Shown: positions 1-9,521 of the stretch, piece after piece
How the letters are laid out: each line of letters begins with the position of its first letter
Position numbering within the stretch: position 1 is the first letter of the stretch
Virus record (IMG/VR): IMGVR_UViG_3300014208_001449
Source of the DNA: an uncultured virus (IMG/VR IMGVR_UViG_3300014208_001449)
Lineage: Duplodnaviria; Heunggongvirae; Uroviricota; Caudoviricetes
Strand: one strand, 5' to 3'
DNA length: 64,000 nt
The notes under the pieces: model-generated
What the model was told of the DNA's origin: nothing
Database searches by the model: none
Seen by the model: the letters and a program-made list of their open reading frames with translations, nothing else
Made by a program: the position numbers and the translations under genes

Positions 1-774
1 TTATACGATTTTGCCCTTAACCGTAGGCCCCCAGTAGCCAAATTCCATGAGGTCATCTCCAGCGAACCGAAGAGTGCTGGCTGGCACCTCTGCCCGAAGA
101 ATCCCCCAGCCTTCTTCTCCGTTAGACCGGAGGTGCTGTTTAGCATAGCTAAGGGAAAGCGTTACCCAATCACCGCGATTGATTCCGTCGACCGAAGGAG
201 GCACCGCCCTATACAACGTGAGACGTGCCGATGGTTTACCCTGAGCCTTGAGGACTGAGTTCCAGAACGAGGGGAGGAGACTTCTAAACCCCGTGTAGTG
301 CTCGGGGTGGGTCAAAACGTCCGATCCCTCTAAAAAGTTGCCATCTTCGACGAGATCATGAGCTGGCGGGCCATCCGCTGCGGGGTTGTGTTCTCTCCCG
401 TAGCCGCCAAACCTTTCCGCCGCTTCTTTGGATCTAAAACGAGAGGCCACTCGAACAGCCATGCTTGCGGCTCTCTGAGACCCTTCTAAATCCCCGTTGT
501 ACGCCTTGATGGCGTCCTCCAGGTGCTGGTTCACGTAGTTCACGGCTCCCTTGAGGTCATTGAAATCTTGGCTCATCCAGTACCGAGCGGGGTTCCCTGT
601 GTAGTAGACGCCGACGAAATTCCTCGCCTTCGTGCCAGGATTCCGTTCCTCGGTGATCTTGGCGGCTCCGTCTGCAATATCGATTGCCCTGTGTTCCCAG
701 GCCTGATTCCGGTAGTCGAGAGTCCAGTGCTTTTGCCGGAGAGCCTGAGCAATAGCGGTAACAGAGACTTTCAA
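1..774 (-). CDS. phage protein with C-terminal ADP-ribosyltransferase-like domain
   Basis: C-terminal LYRAVP...GDWVTLSLSYAKQH...EFGY resembles the R-S/T-E ART fold of phage polyvalent proteins; RVASRF linker. Confidence 0.45.
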   Translation of the reverse strand: MKVSVTAIAQALRQKHWTLDYRNQAWEHRAIDIADGAAKITEERNPGTKARNFVGVYYTGNPARYWMSQDFNDLKGAVNYVNQHLEDAIKAYNGDLEGSQRAASMAVRVASRFRSKEAAERFGGYGREHNPAADGPPAHDLVEDGNFLEGSDVLTHPEHYTGFRSLLPSFWNSVLKAQGKPSARLTLYRAVPPSVDGINRGDWVTLSLSYAKQHLRSNGEEGWGILRAEVPASTLRFAGDDLMEFGYWGPTVKGKIV

Positions 775-791
775 AGTGGTTTCTCCTCGGG

Positions 792-1646
792 CTAGTCCCG
801 CGTGAATACCGTGAGGGACACTTCTTCGTCGGTAACGTCAACGTGCACGATTAAAGAGATACCGAACTCTTCAGAAAGAGACTTATCCAGAAAATGAGCG
901 AGGTCGATGTCTTCTTGCCCTGCTTCTCCATCAAACCCATTTTCCCGGGTCGTGTAAGCTATGGAGTTCTTGCCTTTCCTTTCCATTTTGAACCACCCTA
1001 GCTTGCCCCGCAGGAATCTCTCCACGTCTTCCAGGGTAGGAAGACCCTGGAAACGCCCCTTTACGGGACCTCCTAGGTCTTTCAACATTCTGGCTACCCC
1101 GTATTTTTCCAAAAGGGCTTTAGCGTGCTGGATCGTGGGGAAACTGTCCATTACCACCACAGCGGTTGGGACTGCAAATAGCTTCCACAACCCCAGGGTG
1201 AATTTCGGCTTAGACAGCCCGAAAGTCATCGTGCCGAAGGCGCCGGGCTTGTCATAGCCTCTTCCCTCTGTCTGGCAATCAAGGGTGAGCTTGAAAACGG
1301 GAGCGCCGGTTCCGTGAGGACCTCGACCGCCCACACTTCCCTCCCACCGAGTGTGATCCCCCATCGTGATTACTTCGCCTTTGTCTGCTACGAACTTGTA
1401 ACCATCAAACTCTGGCACCTTGGACAGAAAAAGGGCAATGGTTTTCAGGAGTTTCTGGGCAGTCGGAAATTCCGACCCCATGTACTTGACGAAAGCTTCC
1501 AGAACGACCTTTCTTTGCTGATTCCGATCTCCAGAAAGGTAAAACGTCTCAGGGCTCTCACTCCCACGGAGCTGTTGAGCTAAATGCTGAGCGGCTACTC
1601 GTCGGACTATCTGGTCGGCTGTCTTGGTCGGGCTAGGCTTAGTCAT
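792..1646 (-). CDS. hypothetical protein (N-terminal IVRRVAAQHL motif)
   Basis: 284 aa ORF with AAGGAG RBS. Confidence 0.7.
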   Translation of the reverse strand: MTKPSPTKTADQIVRRVAAQHLAQQLRGSESPETFYLSGDRNQQRKVVLEAFVKYMGSEFPTAQKLLKTIALFLSKVPEFDGYKFVADKGEVITMGDHTRWEGSVGGRGPHGTGAPVFKLTLDCQTEGRGYDKPGAFGTMTFGLSKPKFTLGLWKLFAVPTAVVVMDSFPTIQHAKALLEKYGVARMLKDLGGPVKGRFQGLPTLEDVERFLRGKLGWFKMERKGKNSIAYTTRENGFDGEAGQEDIDLAHFLDKSLSEEFGISLIVHVDVTDEEVSLTVFTRD

Positions 1647-1758
1647 CGCGTGCTCCTTACAAAGAGGGGAGTATAGGGAAAATATCGTCGGACACTTTTC
1701 TCTTCCCTTCTTCTCAGGAATGAGGTACAGGTAGGGTGTGTATCATGAAGGCTCAGGC

Positions 1759-2079
1759 ATGGCCAGCGAAAAGAACCCGCCCAGTTACCCGTTTTTCTTC
1801 GTTGATCCGCCTTATCTGCTCCGTCCCGATGGGGCTCCTGATCCGAAACTCCCGTCGTGGGGGGATTTGCTGGAGTGTGTTCGTAAATCTCAGACTCATA
1901 GCCCCCCGGATTGGGACACCGTTTTGGCGCTGTTCAACATGCCAGAAGCCAAGGCTCTTCTGCGTCTTAGGCAACCGTTTCCGCCGCCTGGAGCACGGGG
2001 CGGGCTTCTGAGACCTCACCTCCAACGTTTGATGGGACTGTCTGTTCCGACTACACCAGAGGAGACTCGCGATGAGTGA
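1759..2079 (+). CDS. hypothetical protein
   Basis: ORF overlapping next start; start uncertain. Confidence 0.5.
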   Translation: MASEKNPPSYPFFFVDPPYLLRPDGAPDPKLPSWGDLLECVRKSQTHSPPDWDTVLALFNMPEAKALLRLRQPFPPPGARGGLLRPHLQRLMGLSVPTTPEETRDE

Positions 2080-2503
2080 GAAGCTTTACGGTTGGATCAA
2101 TCTTTTCTCTGACAAAGCGGGTCCGCCTCCCTGGGTCTGGAAGCTCCCCTCGGGAAAGGCCTTCGCAGTCCACGCCGTCAGCACTCATTCCAGTAGTCTG
2201 CCAGGGTGGCTCTGCCTCGGGGAGGTTACAGAGTTCATCTGCCACGAGGGTTTGAACGAAGGGCAGAACGCCCAACTCCGAGAACATTTCCGCGACGTAG
2301 GGGCCAGCACCTTCCCCAAGGATTTAGGCAGACTGACTGTCACATCTTTGGCTCCAGAGCCCGTCACAGAAACCAAAGACCCTCGCTGGAAGCCGAAACC
2401 TGGAGAGAAGTACCGCGTGATTTTCGAGGGCCTCTACGACACCCCTTACCACTTCCATCTGAAAATCCCCGTGATCGATCTCCCCGTGGGCATAAACGCC
2501 TGA
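2072..2503 (+). CDS. hypothetical protein
   Basis: GGAG RBS, operon packing. Confidence 0.65.
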   Translation: MSEKLYGWINLFSDKAGPPPWVWKLPSGKAFAVHAVSTHSSSLPGWLCLGEVTEFICHEGLNEGQNAQLREHFRDVGASTFPKDLGRLTVTSLAPEPVTETKDPRWKPKPGEKYRVIFEGLYDTPYHFHLKIPVIDLPVGINA

Positions 2504-2518
2504 GCCAAGGAGACTCCG

Positions 2519-2845
2519 ATGAACCTTCTTAGTGTCGTGGACTCTCTGATAGAGGCAACCTCTTCTTGCCGAATCCATTGGAAGTGCTCGGAAAATGGAA
2601 ACGGGCACGTGGAGTACGTTTCGCAGGTCCAGGAGGATGCCGTTTTTATCCACGAAACAGGAACCGACGACGGGGCGGCATACTCCTTGAAAATCCATCT
2701 GCACAACAAACCTTACGCAAGTTCCTACTGCTTACCTTTCGACAAGGGTAGGGACCTGTTCTGGGCCGTCTCAAAGAACAGCAGTCAAAAGAACACCGAT
2801 CTGGGCGTCCTTTTCGCCAAGCTGCAAAAGCTGAATCGTCCCTGA
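2519..2845 (+). CDS. hypothetical protein
   Basis: AAGGAG RBS. Confidence 0.65.
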   Translation: MNLLSVVDSLIEATSSCRIHWKCSENGNGHVEYVSQVQEDAVFIHETGTDDGAAYSLKIHLHNKPYASSYCLPFDKGRDLFWAVSKNSSQKNTDLGVLFAKLQKLNRP

Positions 2846-2867
2846 TTTCCTATCCGGTACGAATCCA

Positions 2868-2894
2868 GTTTCATTCTCTCCCGCTCTGGTGTAT
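2868..2894 (+). promoter_or_regulatory. class-1 repeated promoter motif GTTTCATT-N13-GTGTAT
   Basis: one of at least 13 intergenic copies with identical spacing. Confidence 0.75.
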
Positions 2895-2947
2895 ACGGTA
2901 GGTGTGAGGAGCTAGAAAGAACCAAAAGCCCGAGGGAGAGACACAAC

Positions 2948-3301
2948 ATGGCATACACCGCAATCATCCGCTCCGCCGAGATCCTGTCCGCGCTCTGCAA
3001 GGGCCAGGGCAAGTGGGGAATGTACATCAACGCTTGCGTGCACAGTACCATCCCCGATGAGAACTGGACGGACGAGGTGACGAAAGCGGCTCCGTGGCTC
3101 TCTCTGGAGGACCTGGATGAACTCGTCTTCAACGAAAGGGCGGGCTTTTTCCTGTTCGATTCGTTGCGGAACATGCAAGAAGCTTTCGACGAAACAGTTG
3201 GGGATGACGGGCCCACCCGACTGAACAGCTACGACGGACCGGTCACGGTCTACGCTCTGACCTGTTCCCCGACCGGTGAGTTGACGAACGAGAACACCTA
3301 G
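2948..3301 (+). CDS. hypothetical protein
   Basis: ORF downstream of class-1 motif. Confidence 0.7.
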   Translation: MAYTAIIRSAEILSALCKGQGKWGMYINACVHSTIPDENWTDEVTKAAPWLSLEDLDELVFNERAGFFLFDSLRNMQEAFDETVGDDGPTRLNSYDGPVTVYALTCSPTGELTNENT

Positions 3302-3315
3302 GGAGGGAAAATAGA

Positions 3316-3558
3316 ATGAGCCGCACCGTGACAGCCGAAGAAAAGGACCTCGTGGAACGGTATCGGCAAGCCCGTGCCGTTTTCGAGGGCTTTGAACCTG
3401 CCCTTCGTGACTTTTTCATGCCCTTGGTCTGTGCAGCTCTGGAGGAAGGAGATTGCGACAAGGCCAGAGAAATCGCTAGCGACTGTCCAGCCTCATCCAC
3501 GAAAGCGTACCTTTTAGAGGCTGTTCGACAGATCGAATATAACCAGCGAGGCCGGTAA
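3316..3558 (+). CDS. hypothetical protein
   Basis: GGAGG RBS. Confidence 0.65.
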   Translation: MSRTVTAEEKDLVERYRQARAVFEGFEPALRDFFMPLVCAALEEGDCDKAREIASDCPASSTKAYLLEAVRQIEYNQRGR

Positions 3559-3718
3559 TGGCTCTCATCGTGATCGATCTCATGGAAAACTTCGTACCTC
3601 GTGTTCTGCCTGTTCAATCTCCGGCCGTGTTCACGGATCGTGAACGACCCCGGGAGAATGAACTTGAACTTGGCCTTATCCTCATCGACACGACCCTCGA
3701 CCAGGAAGGGAATTGACC

Positions 3719-3778
3719 ATGTACACGTGCACGCTCGGGGTAAAGATCAGTGACGCGGGGTACGAGCATGGGGCGTGA
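3719..3778 (+). pseudogene. truncated duplicate of the N-terminus of ORF 4108..4395
   Basis: MYTCTLGVKISDA* versus MYTCTLRVKIKDA; near-identical DNA start. Confidence 0.55.
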
Positions 3779-3779
3779 A

Positions 3780-4091
3780 ATGCTTTCGCTACAGGCAAGG
3801 CTAACCCTGATCGCGCGTGAAGGTGCCAGAAACCTTGCGACAAGCGCCGCGATAGAATTGTTTGACGCAGAAATGGGCGGGTATGCCTCTCCGGCCGCCC
3901 GCGAGCTGGCGCGCAAGTGCCGGTTGGCGGCAGATAACGATGATTTTGATCGGGCGTTGGATTACGAGGGCAAGACCCTCGCAAGGATCAGAAACGACTA
4001 CTACTGCTTTGTGACGAATCTTGTAGTGGCCGACCGTAGGGTGTTCACGGACCGTGAGTGTTCATGTGTCGTGAACATTGTCGAGAAATGA
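3780..4091 (+). CDS. hypothetical protein
   Basis: ORF between the duplicated starts. Confidence 0.55.
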   Translation: MLSLQARLTLIAREGARNLATSAAIELFDAEMGGYASPAARELARKCRLAADNDDFDRALDYEGKTLARIRNDYYCFVTNLVVADRRVFTDRECSCVVNIVEK

Positions 4092-4107
4092 ACAGAGGGG
4101 ACAAGCC

Positions 4108-4395
4108 ATGTACACGTGCACGCTTCGTGTCAAGATCAAGGACGCTGACCCCAAGACGGGACACGGTGATGTTTTCCAGTTGAAACTGAAGCCTTCCAGG
4201 GAGTTCCCCAGCATCCCCGCGGCGGGGGACGGGATCGACGTTTCGGACGGCAGGCTCGGTGAGATCACCGTCGAGAGTCGGACGTTCACGCCGAATAGCT
4301 GCTACGTGCAGTTGAACTGCGTTTACTGTACGCTGGCCCCTCACGACGTGGCTGAGGCTTTCGTCAAGGAACTCGGCTGGACAAAGATCAAGTAG
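4108..4395 (+). CDS. hypothetical protein
   Basis: GAGGGG RBS. Confidence 0.65.
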   Translation: MYTCTLRVKIKDADPKTGHGDVFQLKLKPSREFPSIPAAGDGIDVSDGRLGEITVESRTFTPNSCYVQLNCVYCTLAPHDVAEAFVKELGWTKIK

Positions 4396-4411
4396 AGGCC
4401 GGTCGATTTCT

Positions 4412-4438
4412 GTTTCATATCCCCTCGAAGTCGTGTAT
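4412..4438 (+). promoter_or_regulatory. class-1 promoter motif upstream of rtcB
   Basis: GTTT-N17-GTGTAT. Confidence 0.75.
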
Positions 4439-4464
4439 ATAGAAAACACAGGAGGCACTGTTTC

Positions 4465-5679
4465 ATGAGCACGAACGAGCACAAGATTCAAGGCGGACGG
4501 GCAACGGCGATCATCTACGGGGGCTATCTCGACCAGATCGAGAACCAGCAACTGTATGCTCTGCTGGACAACCCTGCCTTCGAGGGGTCCTCTGTGCGAA
4601 TCATGCCGGACCACCATGCCGGAAAGGGCTGCATGATCGGCTTCACTTGCCCGATCAACATGAGCGATCCCAAGATCGTGCCTAATGTTGTTGGCTCGGA
4701 TATCGGTTGTGGAGTTGTGGCCTATCCTCTGGTGGGTGTGAAGGCCGCCAATTTCCTCGGGGATCGTGAGTCCTTTGATCAGCATCTTCGGCGGGTTGTC
4801 CCCTTCGGATTCAACAACCGCCAAACGGTCTACAAAGGATTGGCCGACCTCTTCAAGAAGCACCTGGGTCATGGCCAGTCGTTCCAGGATTTCGAAAAGG
4901 AAGTCAACGCTCTGGACAAGAAAATAGAAGGAGACCAGACCGGAGTGTGGCTTGGTATCGGGTCTATGGGGCAGAATAATCACTTTTTGGAGGTTGACCA
5001 GGATTCGGAGACTTCGGATCTGTGGTTGACTGCGCACTCTGGCTCCCGTAATTTCGGGCTCAGGGTTTGCAACTGGCACCAGAAGAGAGCGGAACAACGG
5101 GTTGGCCAGCGAGCCGGTTTGGCGTGGCTTTCCGATGAAGAAGCCCTAGAGTACCTGCACGATATGCGTTTGGCCCAACAGACGGCTATCCTCAACCGGC
5201 TGGTCATGCTCTGTGAGCTGCTGGCTTTTTTCAAAGTGCCTCTGGAGAAAGAACTCCTGGTCACTTCGGTACATAACTACATCGGAGACGACAACATAAT
5301 CCGAAAAGGTGCCATCTCGGCCTATACCGGAGAGACATGCATCGTACCGTTCAACATGGAAGATGGGCTAATTCTCGCACGAGGCCGAGGAAATCCTGAC
5401 TGGAACAATTCCGCCCCCCACGGAGCTGGGCGCATCATGTCTCGGGGACAAGCCCGCAAAGACCTGTCTGTTGAAGAATACGAAACTCGGATGCAGAAAT
5501 CTGGGGTGTGGTCTTCCTGCGTGGGTAAGGATACCATCGATGAAGGGCCCGCAAACTACAAGCCCATGCAGGAAATCCTAGACGCTATCGGGGATACCGT
5601 TGAGGTTGTGAAGATGCTCAAGCCGCTCTACAACTTCAAAGCCGCCAAGAAAATCCCCAAGAAGAGCCACAAGGAATAG
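4465..5679 (+). CDS. rtcB: RtcB family RNA ligase (3'-phosphate/5'-OH)
   Basis: MPDHHAGKG, VGSDIGCG, NHFLE, HSGSR, HNY, RKGA, SAPHGAGR and DEGPANYK motifs. Confidence 0.95.
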   Translation: MSTNEHKIQGGRATAIIYGGYLDQIENQQLYALLDNPAFEGSSVRIMPDHHAGKGCMIGFTCPINMSDPKIVPNVVGSDIGCGVVAYPLVGVKAANFLGDRESFDQHLRRVVPFGFNNRQTVYKGLADLFKKHLGHGQSFQDFEKEVNALDKKIEGDQTGVWLGIGSMGQNNHFLEVDQDSETSDLWLTAHSGSRNFGLRVCNWHQKRAEQRVGQRAGLAWLSDEEALEYLHDMRLAQQTAILNRLVMLCELLAFFKVPLEKELLVTSVHNYIGDDNIIRKGAISAYTGETCIVPFNMEDGLILARGRGNPDWNNSAPHGAGRIMSRGQARKDLSVEEYETRMQKSGVWSSCVGKDTIDEGPANYKPMQEILDAIGDTVEVVKMLKPLYNFKAAKKIPKKSHKE

Positions 5680-5684
5680 ACGTC

Positions 5685-6170
5685 ATGGGCAACAAACACG
5701 GAACCCGCCACGAACGCAAGTTGGCCTCCCGTAAGCGAGCGGCTGAGAAGAAAGCCGCAGATACTCGGGACTGGACCTGCAAGACGGTCGACAAGTACAT
5801 GAAGCATGTTGGCCAGCCCCAGTACCACCTCCACCAAGGCCCTGAGCGCATCGGCCAGCCAACTCCCTGGAGTAAGCTAGGAGGCCCTTTCGTCAGTCCT
5901 CAAGAAGACGTCCGAGGGTTCCTCCAGGACTGCAAAGAGTATGCGGGTCACAAAACGGACCGCTTCTTTTTCACGGTCTGGCCTTTCTATCTGGTCATTG
6001 GCCTGTTCTGTCTCCTGCTCCTCGGGAGTCTGGTCTTCCGAAACGCCATGCGGAACGACCCCCAGTGTGAGAAGAAGATAGCCGGGTGGTTCGAGACCGC
6101 CACTCCCGAAACGATTCGGTCTTTCTGCCACGAACCTGAGTCTCCCTCCGCCCACTATTTCCCCTTGTAA
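5685..6170 (+). CDS. hypothetical membrane protein
   Basis: single hydrophobic segment. Confidence 0.6.
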   Translation: MGNKHGTRHERKLASRKRAAEKKAADTRDWTCKTVDKYMKHVGQPQYHLHQGPERIGQPTPWSKLGGPFVSPQEDVRGFLQDCKEYAGHKTDRFFFTVWPFYLVIGLFCLLLLGSLVFRNAMRNDPQCEKKIAGWFETATPETIRSFCHEPESPSAHYFPL

Positions 6171-6190
6171 GCCCCACGGGCATTCCCCTG

Positions 6191-6203
6191 AATAGAGTAT
6201 AGT
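6191..6203 (+). promoter_or_regulatory. class-2 motif AATAGAGTATAGT
   Basis: recurs at 9825 and 30910 and on the minus strand upstream of genes. Confidence 0.6.
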
Positions 6204-6232
6204 GGGAGGGCAACTCCGGTGGAGGCCCTCCC

Positions 6233-6631
6233 ATGGTATTCGAGATTTCAGGTGAGTTTTTCCAAGCGATGTCGGCCGCCCCTGGCTGGTTCTCCCTCTT
6301 TGAGACTGACGGGCGGATCTACAAGATCCCGATCGCTTTCTGGGTCGTCACCAAGTCGGCGCGTCCTACAACAAAGAACCCGAACCCCAGCGGCAAGACC
6401 TGCATTCGGCCTGTCGGGCCCGTGGGTGATTCTCTTGCTCTCCTTGATACCCTAGCCAACGAGCGAGGTATCATCGGTCCTGGCTTGGGGGAATCGGTCC
6501 CTGAGGAGGACTACCCGAAATACGGCATTGAAATCGATGAGCCCGAGGAGACAAAGAGCATTCCGGCACCTGCTAATAAGGTAGCTCGCAAGCCCAGGCA
6601 AAAGAAAACTGGTCTTGGGAGTGCTGAATGA
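6233..6631 (+). CDS. hypothetical protein
   Basis: GGAGG RBS. Confidence 0.7.
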   Translation: MVFEISGEFFQAMSAAPGWFSLFETDGRIYKIPIAFWVVTKSARPTTKNPNPSGKTCIRPVGPVGDSLALLDTLANERGIIGPGLGESVPEEDYPKYGIEIDEPEETKSIPAPANKVARKPRQKKTGLGSAE

Positions 6632-6809
6632 TCTCCCTGGCAGAAAGCAAGATTCCGGTTGACGGCCGGAAAAGAACCAAAGCCCATGCGGCACTTTGGG
6701 CGGACACTCCCAAGAGTTTCTCGTTAGAGCAAGTGCTTGCGGAGTACCTGAAACGGCAGAGAGAACAAGCAGAAAACCAGAAGAAACGGAACAAAGGAGA
6801 GTAGAAATC

Positions 6810-7130
6810 ATGCAGACCAAGTTTGAAGCTTACGAAGTACCCGTAAAGCGTGACGAGTTGGGTGCTTGGGCGCACCCGGACTTTCCGTGGGACAATTGGC
6901 CCGACAACACAAGCCTGGACCCCTATTTCGAGAGTCTGAATTTCAGATGCAAGAGCGTGTTGATGCAGGACGAACTGGAGGGCGAGGCTCTCAACAATTA
7001 CTTTGACAACAGTGAGACTGATTACTCTCTCTGGGAACCCAGAAAACCCGACGGCGCAGGTTGGTTCCTGGCAGCCATCCACGACACGGACGAGGGGCCT
7101 TGTGCTCGCTGGGTTGCCCCTCTGAAATAG
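6810..7130 (+). CDS. hypothetical protein (tandem paralog A)
   Basis: WEPRKPDGAGWFLAAIHDTDEGP; AAGGAG RBS. Confidence 0.75.
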   Translation: MQTKFEAYEVPVKRDELGAWAHPDFPWDNWPDNTSLDPYFESLNFRCKSVLMQDELEGEALNNYFDNSETDYSLWEPRKPDGAGWFLAAIHDTDEGPCARWVAPLK

Positions 7131-7144
7131 CGAAAGGAGCACCC

Positions 7145-7669
7145 ATGATCGTCAAGTTTGAAGCTCACGAAGTGCCTGCCATGCGTAACGAGTATGGCTA
7201 CTGGGACCATCCGGCTTTTCCGTGGGACACGTGGCCGGATGACACCAACTTAGCTCCCTACTTCAAGGACCTGGGCTTCAGGTGTAAAGGCACCTTGATG
7301 CAAGACGAACTGGACGTCGAGGTGGTTGACAAGTTCTTCGACGATGGGGAAACAGACTGCACCTTCTGGGAACCGAAGAAACCTGACGGACAGGGTTGGT
7401 TCCTGGCCTCTATCCACGACACCGAAGAAGGACCTTGCGCTCTGTGGGTCTCTCCCATTCTGGTAACAGTGTCCTCTATCGTCGTGGACTACCTGACGGA
7501 GAAAGGTTTCGACGGGCTGTTCAACAGTGATATTGGCTGTGCCTGTGCTTTCGAAGACCTGTTTGAAAATTGCGCCGGGGAAAGCTGTAGCGAATGTCAG
7601 CCTGGATATGAGAAGCCGTGTGCCTGTGGCGAGCACGATTTCCACATTTCGGCAGAGAAGGCAGTATAG
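7145..7669 (+). CDS. hypothetical protein (tandem paralog B plus Cys-rich C-terminal domain)
   Basis: WEPKKPDGQGWFLASIHDTEEGP followed by CAC...C..C tail. Confidence 0.75.
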   Translation: MIVKFEAHEVPAMRNEYGYWDHPAFPWDTWPDDTNLAPYFKDLGFRCKGTLMQDELDVEVVDKFFDDGETDCTFWEPKKPDGQGWFLASIHDTEEGPCALWVSPILVTVSSIVVDYLTEKGFDGLFNSDIGCACAFEDLFENCAGESCSECQPGYEKPCACGEHDFHISAEKAV

Positions 7670-7671
7670 CC

Positions 7672-7857
7672 ATGCTTCGAAAACTCGCCGGTATATGGCT
7701 CGTCTCTGTGGGCTGGTATCTCGGCACCCGAGCGGCTCCTGATGCGGGTGCCAGTCAGTTTGATATGTTCCGGGGAGCAATGGCCGTACTGATTTTTGGA
7801 TTTTTGGGGGTTATTACGGCCCTCCCGGGAACCCCTCCGGAGCAGAAAAAGCCATGA
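7672..7857 (+). CDS. small membrane protein
   Basis: two hydrophobic segments. Confidence 0.55.
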   Translation: MLRKLAGIWLVSVGWYLGTRAAPDAGASQFDMFRGAMAVLIFGFLGVITALPGTPPEQKKP

Positions 7858-8036
7858 CTTTCCTCTCCTCCCTCTGGGGTCGATTCCGCCGCTGGTGGTA
7901 CCTCATCACCGTAGGAATGTGGCGGGGAGAAAGAGCCCTGACGATCTACTGGACTCCTGGACTGGTGCCCCACCTGATTGCCGTCGAACTGAAAGACCGG
8001 ACCCTGAAAATCTTCTGGAAAAGGAAACACCCATGA
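7854..8036 (+). CDS. hypothetical protein
   Basis: ATGA overlaps at both ends. Confidence 0.55.
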   Translation: MTFLSSLWGRFRRWWYLITVGMWRGERALTIYWTPGLVPHLIAVELKDRTLKIFWKRKHP

Positions 8037-8311
8037 GAGCCCTAGATTGGAATAACCGCACCGCAGGCGAGCAAGACTTCATCCACCAACAGACCAAGCA
8101 CTTGACGGTAGTGTGGGCCAACCGGCAGTTGCAGTCGGAAGCGGAGTGTCTGCTCCCGACTGAAGCCTTGACGCACGGCATCACTTTTAAGTTCCTGCCT
8201 CATGAAGCTTTGTTCGTCGAGTACGCTCGAACGAAGGGTTGGATCTCCAAGGTCAAGGACGCTCTCACGGCGGCGGGCTTCAAGCAAGCCGCTGCGGTCC
8301 TGAAGAAGTAG
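8033..8311 (+). CDS. hypothetical protein
   Basis: AAGGA RBS, ATGA overlap. Confidence 0.65.
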   Translation: MRALDWNNRTAGEQDFIHQQTKHLTVVWANRQLQSEAECLLPTEALTHGITFKFLPHEALFVEYARTKGWISKVKDALTAAGFKQAAAVLKK

Positions 8312-8323
8312 AGCGTTAGAAGA

Positions 8324-8893
8324 ATGGAAATCCGACGGATCTTTCTGGATGTCGATGGCGTGTTAGGGGATTTTGTCAGCCGGTGGTTATACAACTTCAA
8401 CCAACAGAACGGAACCCAGTGGACTCCGGACGATGTGACGGAGTATGACTTTGTCCAGCAGTTTGGGCACAAGCCCTCTTTCGCAGAAATCAAACGTTAC
8501 ATCGACCACGACCTCTGGACGCAGCTCAAGCTATACTCCTGGGCCGAAGAGCTAGTCAAAACAACGGACAACACGGGCCTCCCGTGGGCGTTCCTCTCGT
8601 CAGTCTGGTCTGGGGCGGCTTACGACGGACGAGGGATCTGGCTTGACCGGTACTTTGCCCCTCTGCTGAAAGTGCAGCCCAAGAGGAAACTTATCATCGC
8701 TGTCGACAAAGGTCTCGTCGGGGGCCCGGGGGATTTATTGATTGACGACGCCCCTTTCCACGCTGAGGCATTCAAGAGAGCGGGCGGGGATACAATCATT
8801 CTGGCCCAGCCCTGGAACAAAGGCCATGCAGACCGCATGACCCCCAGTGCTATTATCGACTGGATTGGGAGTCACTGTTATGGCGGCTACTAG
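8324..8893 (+). CDS. 5'(3')-deoxyribonucleotidase, HAD family
   Basis: DVDGV motif I; K...LLIDDAP; AQPWN. Confidence 0.85.
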   Translation: MEIRRIFLDVDGVLGDFVSRWLYNFNQQNGTQWTPDDVTEYDFVQQFGHKPSFAEIKRYIDHDLWTQLKLYSWAEELVKTTDNTGLPWAFLSSVWSGAAYDGRGIWLDRYFAPLLKVQPKRKLIIAVDKGLVGGPGDLLIDDAPFHAEAFKRAGGDTIILAQPWNKGHADRMTPSAIIDWIGSHCYGGY

Positions 8894-9521
8894 AGGGCTT
8901 TACATCGTCATAGAGGGCTCGGACGGGGCAGGGACGACCACACAATCCCGCCTGTTGTGCAACTGGCTGGAACAGGAGGGCCGGACCCCTAAGGCGGTCC
9001 AAGAGCCTACCGGAATGACGTTGGGCAGGGAAATCCGTCAGAGGCTACGCGGTGAGGGTAACTCACAGCACAATCGTACGGACCAAATCCTGGCCCTGTT
9101 GTTTGCGGCGGACCGGCTTGATCTCTACGCCAAGGAGATCGAGCCTGCCCTGGAACGGGGCGAAGTTGTGGTGTCAGACCGGAACGTTCTCTCTTCCCTG
9201 GCCTACCAAGGCTCTGTCCTGGCGGGAAACGACTGGTCCCCGAGAGAAGCCCGTGATTGGGTTTGGTCGATAAACCAATTCGCGACACAACCCGACTTTC
9301 TGTTTTTCCTGGACGTGCCCGTAGAGGTATCTCTGGCTCGTATTTCTGCCCGTACGGGGGTGGAAAAGGAACGGTTTGAGGTTGGAGAGACGTTGCGGAA
9401 AGTCAGAGAGGGATACCTAGCATCTCTGCCTAGGTTCTCTCCTCGCGTCCGCATCGACGGTACAATGGCGGTCGACAAGGTGTTCGATGAAATCACACTC
9501 AACCTGGGAGGCGTGCTATGA
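8880..9521 (+). CDS. tmk: thymidylate kinase
   Basis: IEGSDGAGTTTQ P-loop, EPT, LLFAADR, DRNVLSSLAYQ, PD motifs. Confidence 0.93.
   Translation: MAATRGLYIVIEGSDGAGTTTQSRLLCNWLEQEGRTPKAVQEPTGMTLGREIRQRLRGEGNSQHNRTDQILALLFAADRLDLYAKEIEPALERGEVVVSDRNVLSSLAYQGSVLAGNDWSPREARDWVWSINQFATQPDFLFFLDVPVEVSLARISARTGVEKERFEVGETLRKVREGYLASLPRFSPRVRIDGTMAVDKVFDEITLNLGGVL

Noticed and set aside
6810..7460. Diversity-generating retroelement TR/VR pair
   Set aside because: Both copies are coding, differences are not adenine-specific, and no reverse transcriptase is in the window
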